From a virus: 64,000 nt of DNA. This document shows, one piece after another, positions 50,681-59,689 of the stretch (its first letter is position 1; the number at the start of each line of letters is the position of its first letter). The notes beneath the pieces were generated by a model. That model ran no database searches, was not told the DNA's origin, and saw only the letters and a program-made list of their open reading frames with translations. The DNA lies in IMG/VR virus record IMGVR_UViG_3300034072_001149, positions 95,201 through 159,200 of that record, one strand, 5' to 3'. Made by a program: the position numbers and the translations under genes.

Positions 50681-51031
50681 CTATTCTTCGATGACTCTAT
50701 TCTTGGGCTTGCGTCCGCGACGTTTTCCTAGAACCGCTTTGCCACCAGAGGCGGTAATATTGAACACATTGGCAAATCTGACCGGATCCATGCCGTCGAT
50801 TTCCTCAATATCCTCGGCAAAGACACTCGAGGGCGCACCACTTCTGAGATCAGCAAGTTTGAAAACAACTCGACCGTCTGCCCGAACAATCGCATTGGTT
50901 ACTGAAAAGTTATCTACAACCAATACATTATTGACAGATCCTAGACCCATGGCCTTGTGACGAGCCCTCACTTCAGTACCTGCAGGTAGAACACCCTTGA
51001 CCACAAGAGCTTCTGCTAGCTTATTATCCAT
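50681..51031 (-). CDS. Hypothetical protein with basic KRRGRKPK tail
   Basis: IDGMDP.RFA, AT-hook-like tail. Confidence 0.7.
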   Translation of the reverse strand: MDNKLAEALVVKGVLPAGTEVRARHKAMGLGSVNNVLVVDNFSVTNAIVRADGRVVFKLADLRSGAPSSVFAEDIEEIDGMDPVRFANVFNITASGGKAVLGKRRGRKPKNRVIEE

Positions 51032-51175
51032 ATCGAAACGACTCCAAACAATGATCCGATCCAGGAACATCGCTTCGATCTATAGGCAGTCGTTCGATCT
51101 ATTAGATGACAGCTTGCTTAACAGCAGCCGCGTATTTTGTTTAGCATATCTATAGAGGTTTACAACACCAAAGGA

Positions 51176-51208
51176 ACACCTGGTACAACTTTTTCTTGTA
51201 CCAGGTGT
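51176..51208. terminator. 13-bp hairpin after clpA
   Basis: ACACCTGGTACAA-ctttttc-TTGTACCAGGTGT. Confidence 0.65.
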
Positions 51209-51217
51209 CCTAGGATT

Positions 51218-53581
51218 TTAAGCAAACAGGTCGGGCTGATTTACTGTTTCTTCAGCGTGACTGATAACAAGCTTGTCATCATTCACTGTCACATTTGCCA
51301 GTCCTCCGTTTTTCAGAGCACCAAACAACATAACACGGCTCAGTGGCTTGCTGAGCTCATCCTGAATCAGCCGGCTCAGAGGACGAGCGCCCATCTTGGG
51401 ATCATATCCCTTCCGGGCCAGGTAGTTGCGGGCAGCTTCATCAACATTGATGGTAACTCCCTTTTCCTGGGCTTGCTTGTTCAACTGTGAGAGGAACTTT
51501 TCAACAATCATGAGCATATTCTCGCTCTTAAGAGCTTTGAATTTCACGATAGCGTCAAGCCGGTTGCGGAACTCGGGGGCAAACATCTTCTCAATGACCT
51601 TATCGTCATTACCAGCGGTGCTGTTGTCTCCAAAGCCCAGTGTATTCTTCTGGAGCTCACTGGCGCCGGCATTGCTGGTCATGATCAGGATCACATTGCG
51701 GAAGTTCACAGTCTTGCCTGCACTATTGGTCAACTGGCCGTTGTCCATGACCTGCAGGAAGATGTTGAAAATATCCGGGTGAGCCTTCTCGAGTTCGTCA
51801 ATAAGAAGCACACAATGCGGGCTGTTCTCAACCGCATTTGTCAGAAGACCTGACCCCGAGGCGCCATCACCAAAGCCCACATAGCCCGGAGGCGAACCAA
51901 TGAACTTGCTAACAGAGTGCTTTTCCATGTATTCCGACATATCGAAACGATGAAGCGGAATACCCAGCGTGGTAGCGAGTTGCTTGGCAAGCTCAGTTTT
52001 ACCCACACCAGTCGGACCAGCAAAGAGATAGTTACCCTGGGGCTTGTTGGGATCTCTCAACCCGGCACGGCTCAGGAATACCGCATCGACCACATTGTCA
52101 ATTGCGTCATCCTGTCCGAATACTGAATTGTGGAGATCCGCCTCAAGATGCGAAAGCTTCTGGGTCTCGTCTTCCTTGACCGTCCGTGCCGGGATACGAG
52201 CAATACGACTGACCTCGTCTTCAACCAGTTCAAGGGTGATTTCACTCTTGCGCTGATCCTTTGGAGCAATCTTCTGGCGAGCGCCAGCCGCGTCAATGAC
52301 GTCAATTGCCTTATCAGGCAACATACGATCAGTCACATAACGAGCAGTCAAGTCAACTGCCGCTTCCAGAGCTTCCTGTGTATATGAAATACCGTGATAT
52401 TCCGCATACACCTTGCTGATACCCTGCAGAATGCGCTTGGCATCTTCGATGCTCGGCTCATTCACGTCCAGCTTCTGGAATCGACGGAGGAGAGCGCGGT
52501 CCTTTTCAAAATGCTTACGATATTCTTCAAAGGTGGTGCCACCAATACAACGAAGCTTACCCTTGGCCAGTGCTGGCTTCAAGAGGTTCGCTACGTCAAG
52601 CCCGCCGCTACTTCCAGCACCTGCTCCCATGATAGTGTGGATTTCGTCAATGAAAAGCATTGGCATGATGCCCTTTTCTTCACCGACTTTTTCCACCGCA
52701 TCAATGATCTGCTTGACTCGTTCCTCCATATCACCACGGAACTTGGTTCCGGCCATGAGGGTGCCAATTTCAAGCGAGTAAACAATGCTACCCTTGATCG
52801 CATCAGGAACATTACCTTCGGCAATCATCTTGGCAAGCCCTTCGACGACTGCGGTCTTACCAACGCCAGGTTCGCCAACTACCACAGCATTGTTCTTGGT
52901 GCGACGGGCAGTAGTGAGGATAAGGGCATCTACCTCGGTTTCACGGCCAATGAGAGGATCAATCTTTCCGGCCAATGCCTGCTCGTTGAGATTGACGCAG
53001 AACTTCTCCAAGAGACGTTCACTTTTGCTCTTCTTGTTGCCAGTAACGGGTTCACCATCCTCGTCAACCTCAATAGTAGGAGACTCGTTGGAATCCTTGG
53101 CCTTGAGCTCACCCACAAGATCAGACTCATCGTCGCCTAGCAAATCATCATGCGCAACAGTCGTCTTGACATCAAAGGCATCAATATTCTGTTTGGCCAG
53201 AAAGTAAACCGCGTGGCTATCCTGATCCTGCTCAGCCAGCAATGAAATCAGAATGTCAACGGCCCGAATGGTATGACGACCACTGAACAATGCCTGCGTG
53301 ACTGTTCTTTGAACCACACGACTCAGAGGAAGTGTCTGGCGTGGAGGATTACCATTGGCCTTGCCGAGAGCACCACTGGCAAAATGTGCCACCAGATCAG
53401 CGGAAAGATCGGAAACATTTGCGCCGATTTCATGCAGGACTTCAATGACTCGCTGGTCTTGTAGGACGCTAGCGAGCAAATGTTCCAATGTGACATATTC
53501 ATGATCATGACGTTCGGCAATTTCCGCCGCACGATCGAAGATTTCTTGAGCCTTTGTTGGGTCAAATTGATCCAAGGACAT
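51218..53581 (-). CDS. clpA: ATP-dependent Clp protease ATP-binding subunit
   Basis: Clp N-domain (HEYVTLEHLL), two AAA modules (GEPGVGKT; GPTGVGKT), no middle domain, LGF ClpP-docking loop. Confidence 0.95.
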   Translation of the reverse strand: MSLDQFDPTKAQEIFDRAAEIAERHDHEYVTLEHLLASVLQDQRVIEVLHEIGANVSDLSADLVAHFASGALGKANGNPPRQTLPLSRVVQRTVTQALFSGRHTIRAVDILISLLAEQDQDSHAVYFLAKQNIDAFDVKTTVAHDDLLGDDESDLVGELKAKDSNESPTIEVDEDGEPVTGNKKSKSERLLEKFCVNLNEQALAGKIDPLIGRETEVDALILTTARRTKNNAVVVGEPGVGKTAVVEGLAKMIAEGNVPDAIKGSIVYSLEIGTLMAGTKFRGDMEERVKQIIDAVEKVGEEKGIMPMLFIDEIHTIMGAGAGSSGGLDVANLLKPALAKGKLRCIGGTTFEEYRKHFEKDRALLRRFQKLDVNEPSIEDAKRILQGISKVYAEYHGISYTQEALEAAVDLTARYVTDRMLPDKAIDVIDAAGARQKIAPKDQRKSEITLELVEDEVSRIARIPARTVKEDETQKLSHLEADLHNSVFGQDDAIDNVVDAVFLSRAGLRDPNKPQGNYLFAGPTGVGKTELAKQLATTLGIPLHRFDMSEYMEKHSVSKFIGSPPGYVGFGDGASGSGLLTNAVENSPHCVLLIDELEKAHPDIFNIFLQVMDNGQLTNSAGKTVNFRNVILIMTSNAGASELQKNTLGFGDNSTAGNDDKVIEKMFAPEFRNRLDAIVKFKALKSENMLMIVEKFLSQLNKQAQEKGVTINVDEAARNYLARKGYDPKMGARPLSRLIQDELSKPLSRVMLFGALKNGGLANVTVNDDKLVISHAEETVNQPDLFA

Positions 53582-54079
53582 TCACTTTTTCCTTTCGCTT
53601 TTAGCAAGCTTTTTTCTCGCGAGATCGAGCGTCAGCTTGCTAACACGATCTGTAAAACAAACCCCGTCTAGGTGGTCTAATTCGTGCTGAAAGCACCGGG
53701 AAGCAATACCAGAAAGCTCTTCAACAATGACATTACCGTCCCGATCTTGATAGCGAACAGTGATTTCATCTGGGCGCTTTACTTTGAGTCTTAGTTTTGG
53801 AAAACTCAAACATCCTTCAACAAAGGTGACGAGAGTCTCACCTTTGCTGATGATTTCTGGATTATAATAGAAACTTGTCTGTCCACCAATATTCATGGCG
53901 AACACCCTATAGAGGAACCCCATTTGGTTGGCGGAAAATCCTATCCCGCCTTCCTCAATCATCAAACGTTCGAGTTCCGCTTCGATATTCTTTGAATCGG
54001 CGGGTGTTTTCTTGAAGTCCCACACGGAACTCTTGGAGGAGAGACTCTCGTCCCCTTCGGTCTTTAGGGTGAACATCAC
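53582..54079 (-). CDS. def: Peptide deformylase
   Basis: GIGFSANQMG, EGCLS, QHELDHLDG. Confidence 0.95.
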   Translation of the reverse strand: MMFTLKTEGDESLSSKSSVWDFKKTPADSKNIEAELERLMIEEGGIGFSANQMGFLYRVFAMNIGGQTSFYYNPEIISKGETLVTFVEGCLSFPKLRLKVKRPDEITVRYQDRDGNVIVEELSGIASRCFQHELDHLDGVCFTDRVSKLTLDLARKKLAKSERKK

Positions 54080-54437
54080 GTAGTAAATGCCTCGCGTAAG
54101 TTTCGATCTGGTCGCGGGCAGTGAGAGTTATGTCCATACAGTCCTGTGTCGATGGCTCTTCGTCACGAAACTGAGCTGTTTGAACATACTTGATATTCGT
54201 ATGTACATATTCACCAGCACTTACAAGAGCAAAATTCAAATCTCTTATAAGAGATGCGTCCACTCGGCCGCCATAATCAGATGAATTACGCTCGAACATG
54301 CGACGAAAGTTGAGAGCCCAGATATTATATCCCTGGGCTTCCAATGTACACTCACGTATCGCCGGGTCTGGTCCGCGCGGAGGAGCGGCGTGTGCGACGC
54401 TGCTGAACATCAGTAACGTGATGGTAAAATATCGCAT
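53955..54437 (-). CDS. Exported protein with signal peptide
   Basis: GGAGG RBS; MRYFTITLLMFSSVAHA; 125-nt overlap with def. Confidence 0.65.
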   Translation of the reverse strand: MRYFTITLLMFSSVAHAAPPRGPDPAIRECTLEAQGYNIWALNFRRMFERNSSDYGGRVDASLIRDLNFALVSAGEYVHTNIKYVQTAQFRDEEPSTQDCMDITLTARDQIETYARHLLRDVHPKDRRGRESLLQEFRVGLQENTRRFKEYRSGTRTFDD

Positions 54438-54480
54438 TGGACCTCCTTCGACCACCTAGATAGCAAAGAGAGGTTTTATG

Positions 54481-55338
54481 TCAACCGTTATTCAGACTGC
54501 GTGCCTTTTCAATGAGCTCACGTTGTTCATCAGAAAGCTTGGATGGCGAAAATACAACTTCAACCATCATATCGCCTCGTTGCCCATTGCCCATAGGCAT
54601 TCCTTTACCTGCTGCTCTCAGACTTTGACCTGGTTGAATACCGGCTGGCACCCGCATATTAATTTTGGTACCTTCAATAGTAGGGATCTCACGCTCGGCT
54701 CCCAGCATAGCATCCATATAATCAATTGTTGTGCTGGTTACCAAATGGTAGCCCATTCTGACGAATACATTATGCGGAACAATGTTTATTCTAATATACA
54801 GGTCACCAGGTGGAATATCGCTGATTGCGTTGTCCCCTTTGCCTTGGAATCTTAGACGAATACCATCCTGAATACCTGCTGGGATCTTAAACTGAATTGA
54901 CTGGGCTTCTTTGCCGGGTAAATTGTATTTGACGTCAGCATCTTTACCTTGAAATGCTTCTTCCAGGGTAATGGCATAGGTGATCATGATGTCACGATTT
55001 ACCACGGCGTCATATTGATAATGACGAGCTCTACGATTCTGAATGTCTCGTAGAATATCGTCTAGATTTACAGATCCTTCAAAGCCACCAGGCTGGTTGC
55101 TCCAATATGATTGAGATTTAGTTCGGAATCCACCAGTCCTCTCTAAATCATACTGGGCTCTTTTGTTGGCATCCTTGAGGGTGTCGTAGGCCTCGTTGAT
55201 TTCCTTGAACTTGGCCTCCGCGTTGGGATCTTTGTTGGTATCCGGATGATACTCTTTAGCCAGTTTTCGATAGGCTGATTTCAAAGTAGCGTCATCAGCA
55301 GTGGTGGCGACGCCGAGGATCTGGTAAAAATCTTTCAT
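54481..55338 (-). CDS. DnaJ-class co-chaperone (type II, CbpA-like, no zinc finger)
   Basis: J domain with HPD; C-terminal GDLY, GKGMP. Confidence 0.93.
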   Translation of the reverse strand: MKDFYQILGVATTADDATLKSAYRKLAKEYHPDTNKDPNAEAKFKEINEAYDTLKDANKRAQYDLERTGGFRTKSQSYWSNQPGGFEGSVNLDDILRDIQNRRARHYQYDAVVNRDIMITYAITLEEAFQGKDADVKYNLPGKEAQSIQFKIPAGIQDGIRLRFQGKGDNAISDIPPGDLYIRINIVPHNVFVRMGYHLVTSTTIDYMDAMLGAEREIPTIEGTKINMRVPAGIQPGQSLRAAGKGMPMGNGQRGDMMVEVVFSPSKLSDEQRELIEKARSLNNG

Positions 55339-55410
55339 AAGTCTGTTCTACACCTTATTGGTGATAATGTCAAAATTGACGCGGAGGTAACCAGCTAATT
55401 AGTCATACGA
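55339..55410. promoter_or_regulatory. Divergent sigma70-like promoters at the strand switch
   Basis: Minus: TTGACA-17-TAGAAC-6 nt-ATG; plus: TTGACG at 55376. Confidence 0.6.
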
Positions 55411-55424
55411 CACAAGGAGCAATT

Positions 55425-55763
55425 ATGACAGACATTATCAGAAAAGTTCACGCTGCCAATCGAGATCGTCGAATGGAAATCTTCGCCCGCAGAATGCTGA
55501 AGCTAGGAGAAGAATACGGCGAAGCCAGCCAGGCCTATCTGAGTGTGTCAAGTGAGAAGAATGGCAAGAACAAGACTTGGGAAGATGTCCGGGAAGAGCT
55601 TGTTGATGTCCTGGTAGTTACCCTTGATCTTCTCTGTCATGAGTTTCCGGATGAAAAAGACTCCTCGATAGAAACCAAACTGGCCAGCATTGAGCGTGAG
55701 CTTGACCGTAAGCTCAAGAAATGGGCGAAGAAGCAGGTTGGTGGGACGGATCAAAGCGTATGA
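55425..55763 (+). CDS. MazG-like NTP pyrophosphohydrolase
   Basis: KLGEEYGEASQA...EELVDVL. Confidence 0.8.
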   Translation: MTDIIRKVHAANRDRRMEIFARRMLKLGEEYGEASQAYLSVSSEKNGKNKTWEDVREELVDVLVVTLDLLCHEFPDEKDSSIETKLASIERELDRKLKKWAKKQVGGTDQSV

Positions 55764-55927
55764 TTATAGTCCATGCCTATCGTAGTGGTTGGTGGGACGG
55801 CGACGAAGGATACGGGATAGCTGGAGGTTCTGAAACTATCCTTCGTCAGCAGCGTGGCAAAGCTTACGCTGATTCATATATGAAAGGGTGGCGCGACGGC
55901 AAAAATAATCGCCCACAACGTTTTTAA
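55760..55927 (+). CDS. Small protein, RMF-like AY..G..DG repeats
   Basis: AYRSGWWDG...YMKGWRDG. Confidence 0.55.
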   Translation: MIIVHAYRSGWWDGDEGYGIAGGSETILRQQRGKAYADSYMKGWRDGKNNRPQRF

Positions 55928-55939
55928 GTTATTGCTCTA

Positions 55940-56659
55940 TTGAGCCATTGGTGTTTTACCACCTACATGGAATACAAATACGTAGCCCCACCAGAGGAAG
56001 CCGCCGATGACTGGATGGCTCACCACATATCAATTTTTGTGAAGGTGGATAACCGAGACTCCTTTTGGGAGTTCTTGGAGAGATACTGCGGACCTAAGGG
56101 CCAAAATTGGAAAATCTCTGATAATCAGGAAAGATGGATCTGGGGAGATGAAGAAATTGATCTCCGCTTTCGTTTCAAAAAGCACGCCATGGTCGTCAAG
56201 CTTCAATGGGATGAAGACGTTCGTCCAAACAATAGGCCCTGGGAATATCTAAAGAAGTTGATTCTAACGTCACACCCTTTGCGGCCTGTAGGTAATCCTT
56301 TGATTGGTCAAAGCTCGTCAAATGGTCTTGGCCGCAATATACAGACCATCACCTGGGACCCTATCTTTCGTCCAAGCAACTGGAATAGCCCAATAGGTGG
56401 AATTTATAGCCCAACAACGAACCTCGAGCCGTTGTCAGAAAAAGCTTATAAGAAAAAGGGAAGCCCCATAGTTCTAGACCTAGAATCCCGAATTGAAACC
56501 TACTGGACTGAAGGAAGTTCAGAAGAGACAGAACATCGACGTTCTATGAAAATTCAATACCTCAAAGGCAGAACAAATGGACCTAGATCACAGTCGGCCA
56601 AGATATCAGGGGCGCAAGCAACATTATCTATATGGGATGAAATTCCTCCTGAATCCTAA
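55940..56659 (+). CDS. FKL-motif protein with long C-terminal extension
   Basis: FLERYCG...W...FRFKKHAMVVKLQW; tail ends GAQATLSIWDE. Confidence 0.7.
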   Translation: MSHWCFTTYMEYKYVAPPEEAADDWMAHHISIFVKVDNRDSFWEFLERYCGPKGQNWKISDNQERWIWGDEEIDLRFRFKKHAMVVKLQWDEDVRPNNRPWEYLKKLILTSHPLRPVGNPLIGQSSSNGLGRNIQTITWDPIFRPSNWNSPIGGIYSPTTNLEPLSEKAYKKKGSPIVLDLESRIETYWTEGSSEETEHRRSMKIQYLKGRTNGPRSQSAKISGAQATLSIWDEIPPES

Positions 56660-57047
56660 CAGACAATCGGACCTAGAGGAAACCCTGAAATCTTTTGAAA
56701 TCACAAAATATAGGCTATCTGCCAATAATATGTATGGCGGTATGATGGCTGAAGAAGCTTTCATAAGTTTCCGTATAAAGAAACAAGCCCTATTGTTCAA
56801 ATTGGCATGGGTTCCGTGTGAAGATGTATCACTAGAAACCAAGGGTATGATTATCAGGCAAATCGTTCCCAACCGCATTGCCCAGGAGATCTTAAGCGTC
56901 CAGCCTTTGGGAGATCTCGTAAAGCCCTTGGTCCAGGCGCGCGATGATCTCCGCCCCGCCTCGTCGACTACTTCTCCAAATTCGTACGAAGTCCGTCCTG
57001 GAGAACGAAGTGAAACAGGCTCGGACCGCACCTCTGGTGGATTTTAA
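56637..57047 (+). CDS. FKL-motif protein fused to a capsid Gol-like peptide
   Basis: FRIKKQALLFKLAW followed by MIIRQIVPNRIAQEILSVQPL. Confidence 0.7.
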   Translation: MKFLLNPNRQSDLEETLKSFEITKYRLSANNMYGGMMAEEAFISFRIKKQALLFKLAWVPCEDVSLETKGMIIRQIVPNRIAQEILSVQPLGDLVKPLVQARDDLRPASSTTSPNSYEVRPGERSETGSDRTSGGF

Positions 57048-57162
57048 ATTGAGTTATGGTGATATTCATGTTATTCAGGGTCTACCCGCTGGCGGGTAGC
57101 ATCTAAATCACACGCATAACACTATAATTCAGCTTAAAGTCTACCGGAGTGGCGATTATATT

Positions 57163-57654
57163 ATGAATGAAATCACGGACAGAACATATATGCCACACAT
57201 CTTTTGTGACTTCGATGGTGTTCTCGTAGACTTTGAACGAGGATTCGAGATCCAGTACGGCAAAAAGCACAATGAAGTTCCTGAGTTCGTGATGTGGAAG
57301 ATCATCAAGAACAACATGACACACTGGGAACAATTGCCCGCAATGCCAGGAGCCCTACAGCTATGGGCCTTTATCGCTCCTCACAATCCTACGATCCTTA
57401 CTGGTTGCCCGACCAGTGGAAAGCAGCAAGCTGAAGAAGGCAAGACGATTTGGAAGAATCGTGAACTAGGAGAGCATGTTCCGATTATTACCTGCCTAAG
57501 CCGCTATAAGCCCAAATACATGCAGACCCCTGGCGATATTCTCATTGACGACATGGAAAAGAACATTATACGTTGGACTGAAGCCGGCGGTGTGGGTATT
57601 CTACACACTTCAGCAGCAGACACGATTGAGCAGCTAAAAGCCAGGGGATTCTGA
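57163..57654 (+). CDS. HAD-family 5'(3')-deoxyribonucleotidase-like protein
   Basis: FCDFDGVLVDF, ILT, GK..W, ILIDD..KNI..W...GG.GILH. Confidence 0.85.
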   Translation: MNEITDRTYMPHIFCDFDGVLVDFERGFEIQYGKKHNEVPEFVMWKIIKNNMTHWEQLPAMPGALQLWAFIAPHNPTILTGCPTSGKQQAEEGKTIWKNRELGEHVPIITCLSRYKPKYMQTPGDILIDDMEKNIIRWTEAGGVGILHTSAADTIEQLKARGF

Positions 57655-58133
57655 TGTTAGAGATTTTTGGAATCATCGCTGGAATTATTTTCTGCATCGT
57701 AGTTGGGGGCGTTGTCGCAAAAATGATTAGCGACATCATCCAAACCCCAAAGAGCGCAATCATTCTGCGTTCGATGTTAGAAGATACAAAACACAGCAGA
57801 GGAAACATGGCAACTTTTAACATTAGCGGACGCAGCTTTCGCGGACAGAATATCACGATCACAAACGATCGAATCGTCATTGACGGCAAGGATGTCACTG
57901 ATGAATACGACATCAAACCCGCAGGTATCTTGGAAATCAAGATTACTGAAGGGGTGATCGGCAATCTGACCACCGATGCCAACGTGAGCGCAGGCGATAT
58001 CTCGGGCAATGTCGATGCTGGTGGTAATGTTAGTTGTGGCAGTGTTGGTGGTAGCGTGGACGCTGGTGGCAATGTCAGTTGCGGAATCGTTGGTGGTGAC
58101 GTTGATGCAGGAGGTAATGTTCGACATGGCTAA
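57654..58133 (+). CDS. Beta-helical repeat protein (possible internal start at 57807)
   Basis: Three 15-aa G.VDAGGNV.CG repeats; N-terminal TM; internal AGAGG-ATG. Confidence 0.7.
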   Translation: MLEIFGIIAGIIFCIVVGGVVAKMISDIIQTPKSAIILRSMLEDTKHSRGNMATFNISGRSFRGQNITITNDRIVIDGKDVTDEYDIKPAGILEIKITEGVIGNLTTDANVSAGDISGNVDAGGNVSCGSVGGSVDAGGNVSCGIVGGDVDAGGNVRHG

Positions 58134-58350
58134 TATTGGATATACATTGAATCCCATTCGCAACTCCAGCGATGGTGGTATGGTTACCGCAGCCATAATG
58201 ACCTGCATGGTCACGGGAAAGATGCTTTCTTCTTCAGGAGGCGGCGCCTATGCCATCTGCCCTGAGGTGTTTGAGCTACTGGATCATGACGAGGACGTTC
58301 GTGAAATGATCAAACGCAAAGTTTCAGAAATGGGTAATCTTTCTGATTGA
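58126..58350 (+). CDS. Hypothetical protein
   Basis: Start MANIGY overlapping the upstream gene end. Confidence 0.6.
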   Translation: MANIGYTLNPIRNSSDGGMVTAAIMTCMVTGKMLSSSGGGAYAICPEVFELLDHDEDVREMIKRKVSEMGNLSD

Positions 58351-58515
58351 CAGTTGGTCCTAATGTGCTTATAGACGCAGCACCAACAATGGAAGTATGT
58401 GTCATGATTATATGGTGTTCTATTTGAGATCGGCAGGGTCCTAGATACGCACCATCTTTGATGTGACGATATGTAGCCACCCTGCGAGTTGAACCTCGTT
58501 TAAGGGTGGTTTTCC

Positions 58516-59406
58516 ATGGGCGGAAATGCGTTTCCGGGCCTGCCGATGGTGCGGGTCCGAAGGGAGGATGTAGCCTCCACAGTAGATCATGTTGTCACGG
58601 TTATGAACATGCCAGGCTTCACTCGTGAGTATGCGATGGATAACCTCATGGGTAGTGCGGGCAAGCAAGATGATAGCGGAGACCTTGACTTTGCGCTCAA
58701 CGATCGAGCAGCTAGGTTTTATGGTGAGCCTGATCTTCCGGTTTTCAGCCTCAAAGCTTTCGCAGCCAGGGCTAGAGAAGTCCTACCACCGGGTCATGTT
58801 CAGACAAAAACTCTCAAGGGTGGACAGTTCCAGACCGCCTTCCCCGTTGCTGGTGATCCCAGCAAGGGTTACGTTCAGGTTGACTTCGTTGCTGGTAACC
58901 CTGAATGGTTGAAGTTTAGCCATTTCTCTCCAGGTAAGGATTTCAGTCCTTATAAGGGTGTTATGGTTTCTACCATGCTAGGCGTTTTGGCTAAAATGCG
59001 AAAGGACTTTGAACTCTATGAAGGGGAGGAACGGGTTGCTCGAGTTGGCCTCAGGTTTGACTTGGAGAAGGGGCTTTATCGTCAGTGGAAGCTTCGCAAA
59101 CTAGAGAACCAAGGCATGAGTGTTGTTACGGCTGACGAATTTGAGACTGCTGTTGCAACTTGCCCACGCTTTGCGCGTTTGAGTCATGTCACAGCACCTT
59201 GTGAGGTGCTGAGGCTGCTGTTCGGGGAGCCCGTCAGCTTGGAGGAGGTAAACACCTTTGAGAAACTGGTTTCCTCGGTTCGCCGGTATCTTCCTGAACG
59301 TTTTGAGGAAGCCCGAGAACGATTCCTCGAAGCGTTCATGCGAAGCGCCGGAAAGAATGACTACACGCTGGAAGAAGTTGCCTCCGACAGCGTTTGGTCA
59401 CAGTGA
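58516..59406 (+). CDS. Pol-beta-superfamily nucleotidyltransferase (phage type)
   Basis: MGGNAF, GSAGK..DSGDLD, VQVDF, KG. Confidence 0.75.
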   Translation: MGGNAFPGLPMVRVRREDVASTVDHVVTVMNMPGFTREYAMDNLMGSAGKQDDSGDLDFALNDRAARFYGEPDLPVFSLKAFAARAREVLPPGHVQTKTLKGGQFQTAFPVAGDPSKGYVQVDFVAGNPEWLKFSHFSPGKDFSPYKGVMVSTMLGVLAKMRKDFELYEGEERVARVGLRFDLEKGLYRQWKLRKLENQGMSVVTADEFETAVATCPRFARLSHVTAPCEVLRLLFGEPVSLEEVNTFEKLVSSVRRYLPERFEEARERFLEAFMRSAGKNDYTLEEVASDSVWSQ

Positions 59407-59419
59407 AGTAACCGCGCCG

Positions 59420-59680
59420 TTGAGATACCGACAACCCCTTCTCTCGGTCTCCGGCGCGGTTATTATCGCAATAGCAGGTGATGTTGAACCAAGAAGTTGG
59501 TGTGATGATTGTTGCGTAGGTGACTGGTATTGTGAAACATCAGACCTGGGCCCAGTCCAGCTTGGTTCCTTGAATCTCCCACTCCATTGCTTTCATTTTT
59601 CCAATGCCGCCGATTTGAAAATGTTCAGTTTTGTTTTCTCCACCAATATGAAGCTTGCTCTTGAAGTCGTTATGGACTAA
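59420..59680 (+). CDS. FKL-motif family protein (start uncertain)
   Basis: WCDDCCVGDW...FHFSNAADLKMFSF. Confidence 0.55.
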   Translation: MRYRQPLLSVSGAVIIAIAGDVEPRSWCDDCCVGDWYCETSDLGPVQLGSLNLPLHCFHFSNAADLKMFSFVFSTNMKLALEVVMD

Positions 59681-59689
59681 AAGAGTGGA

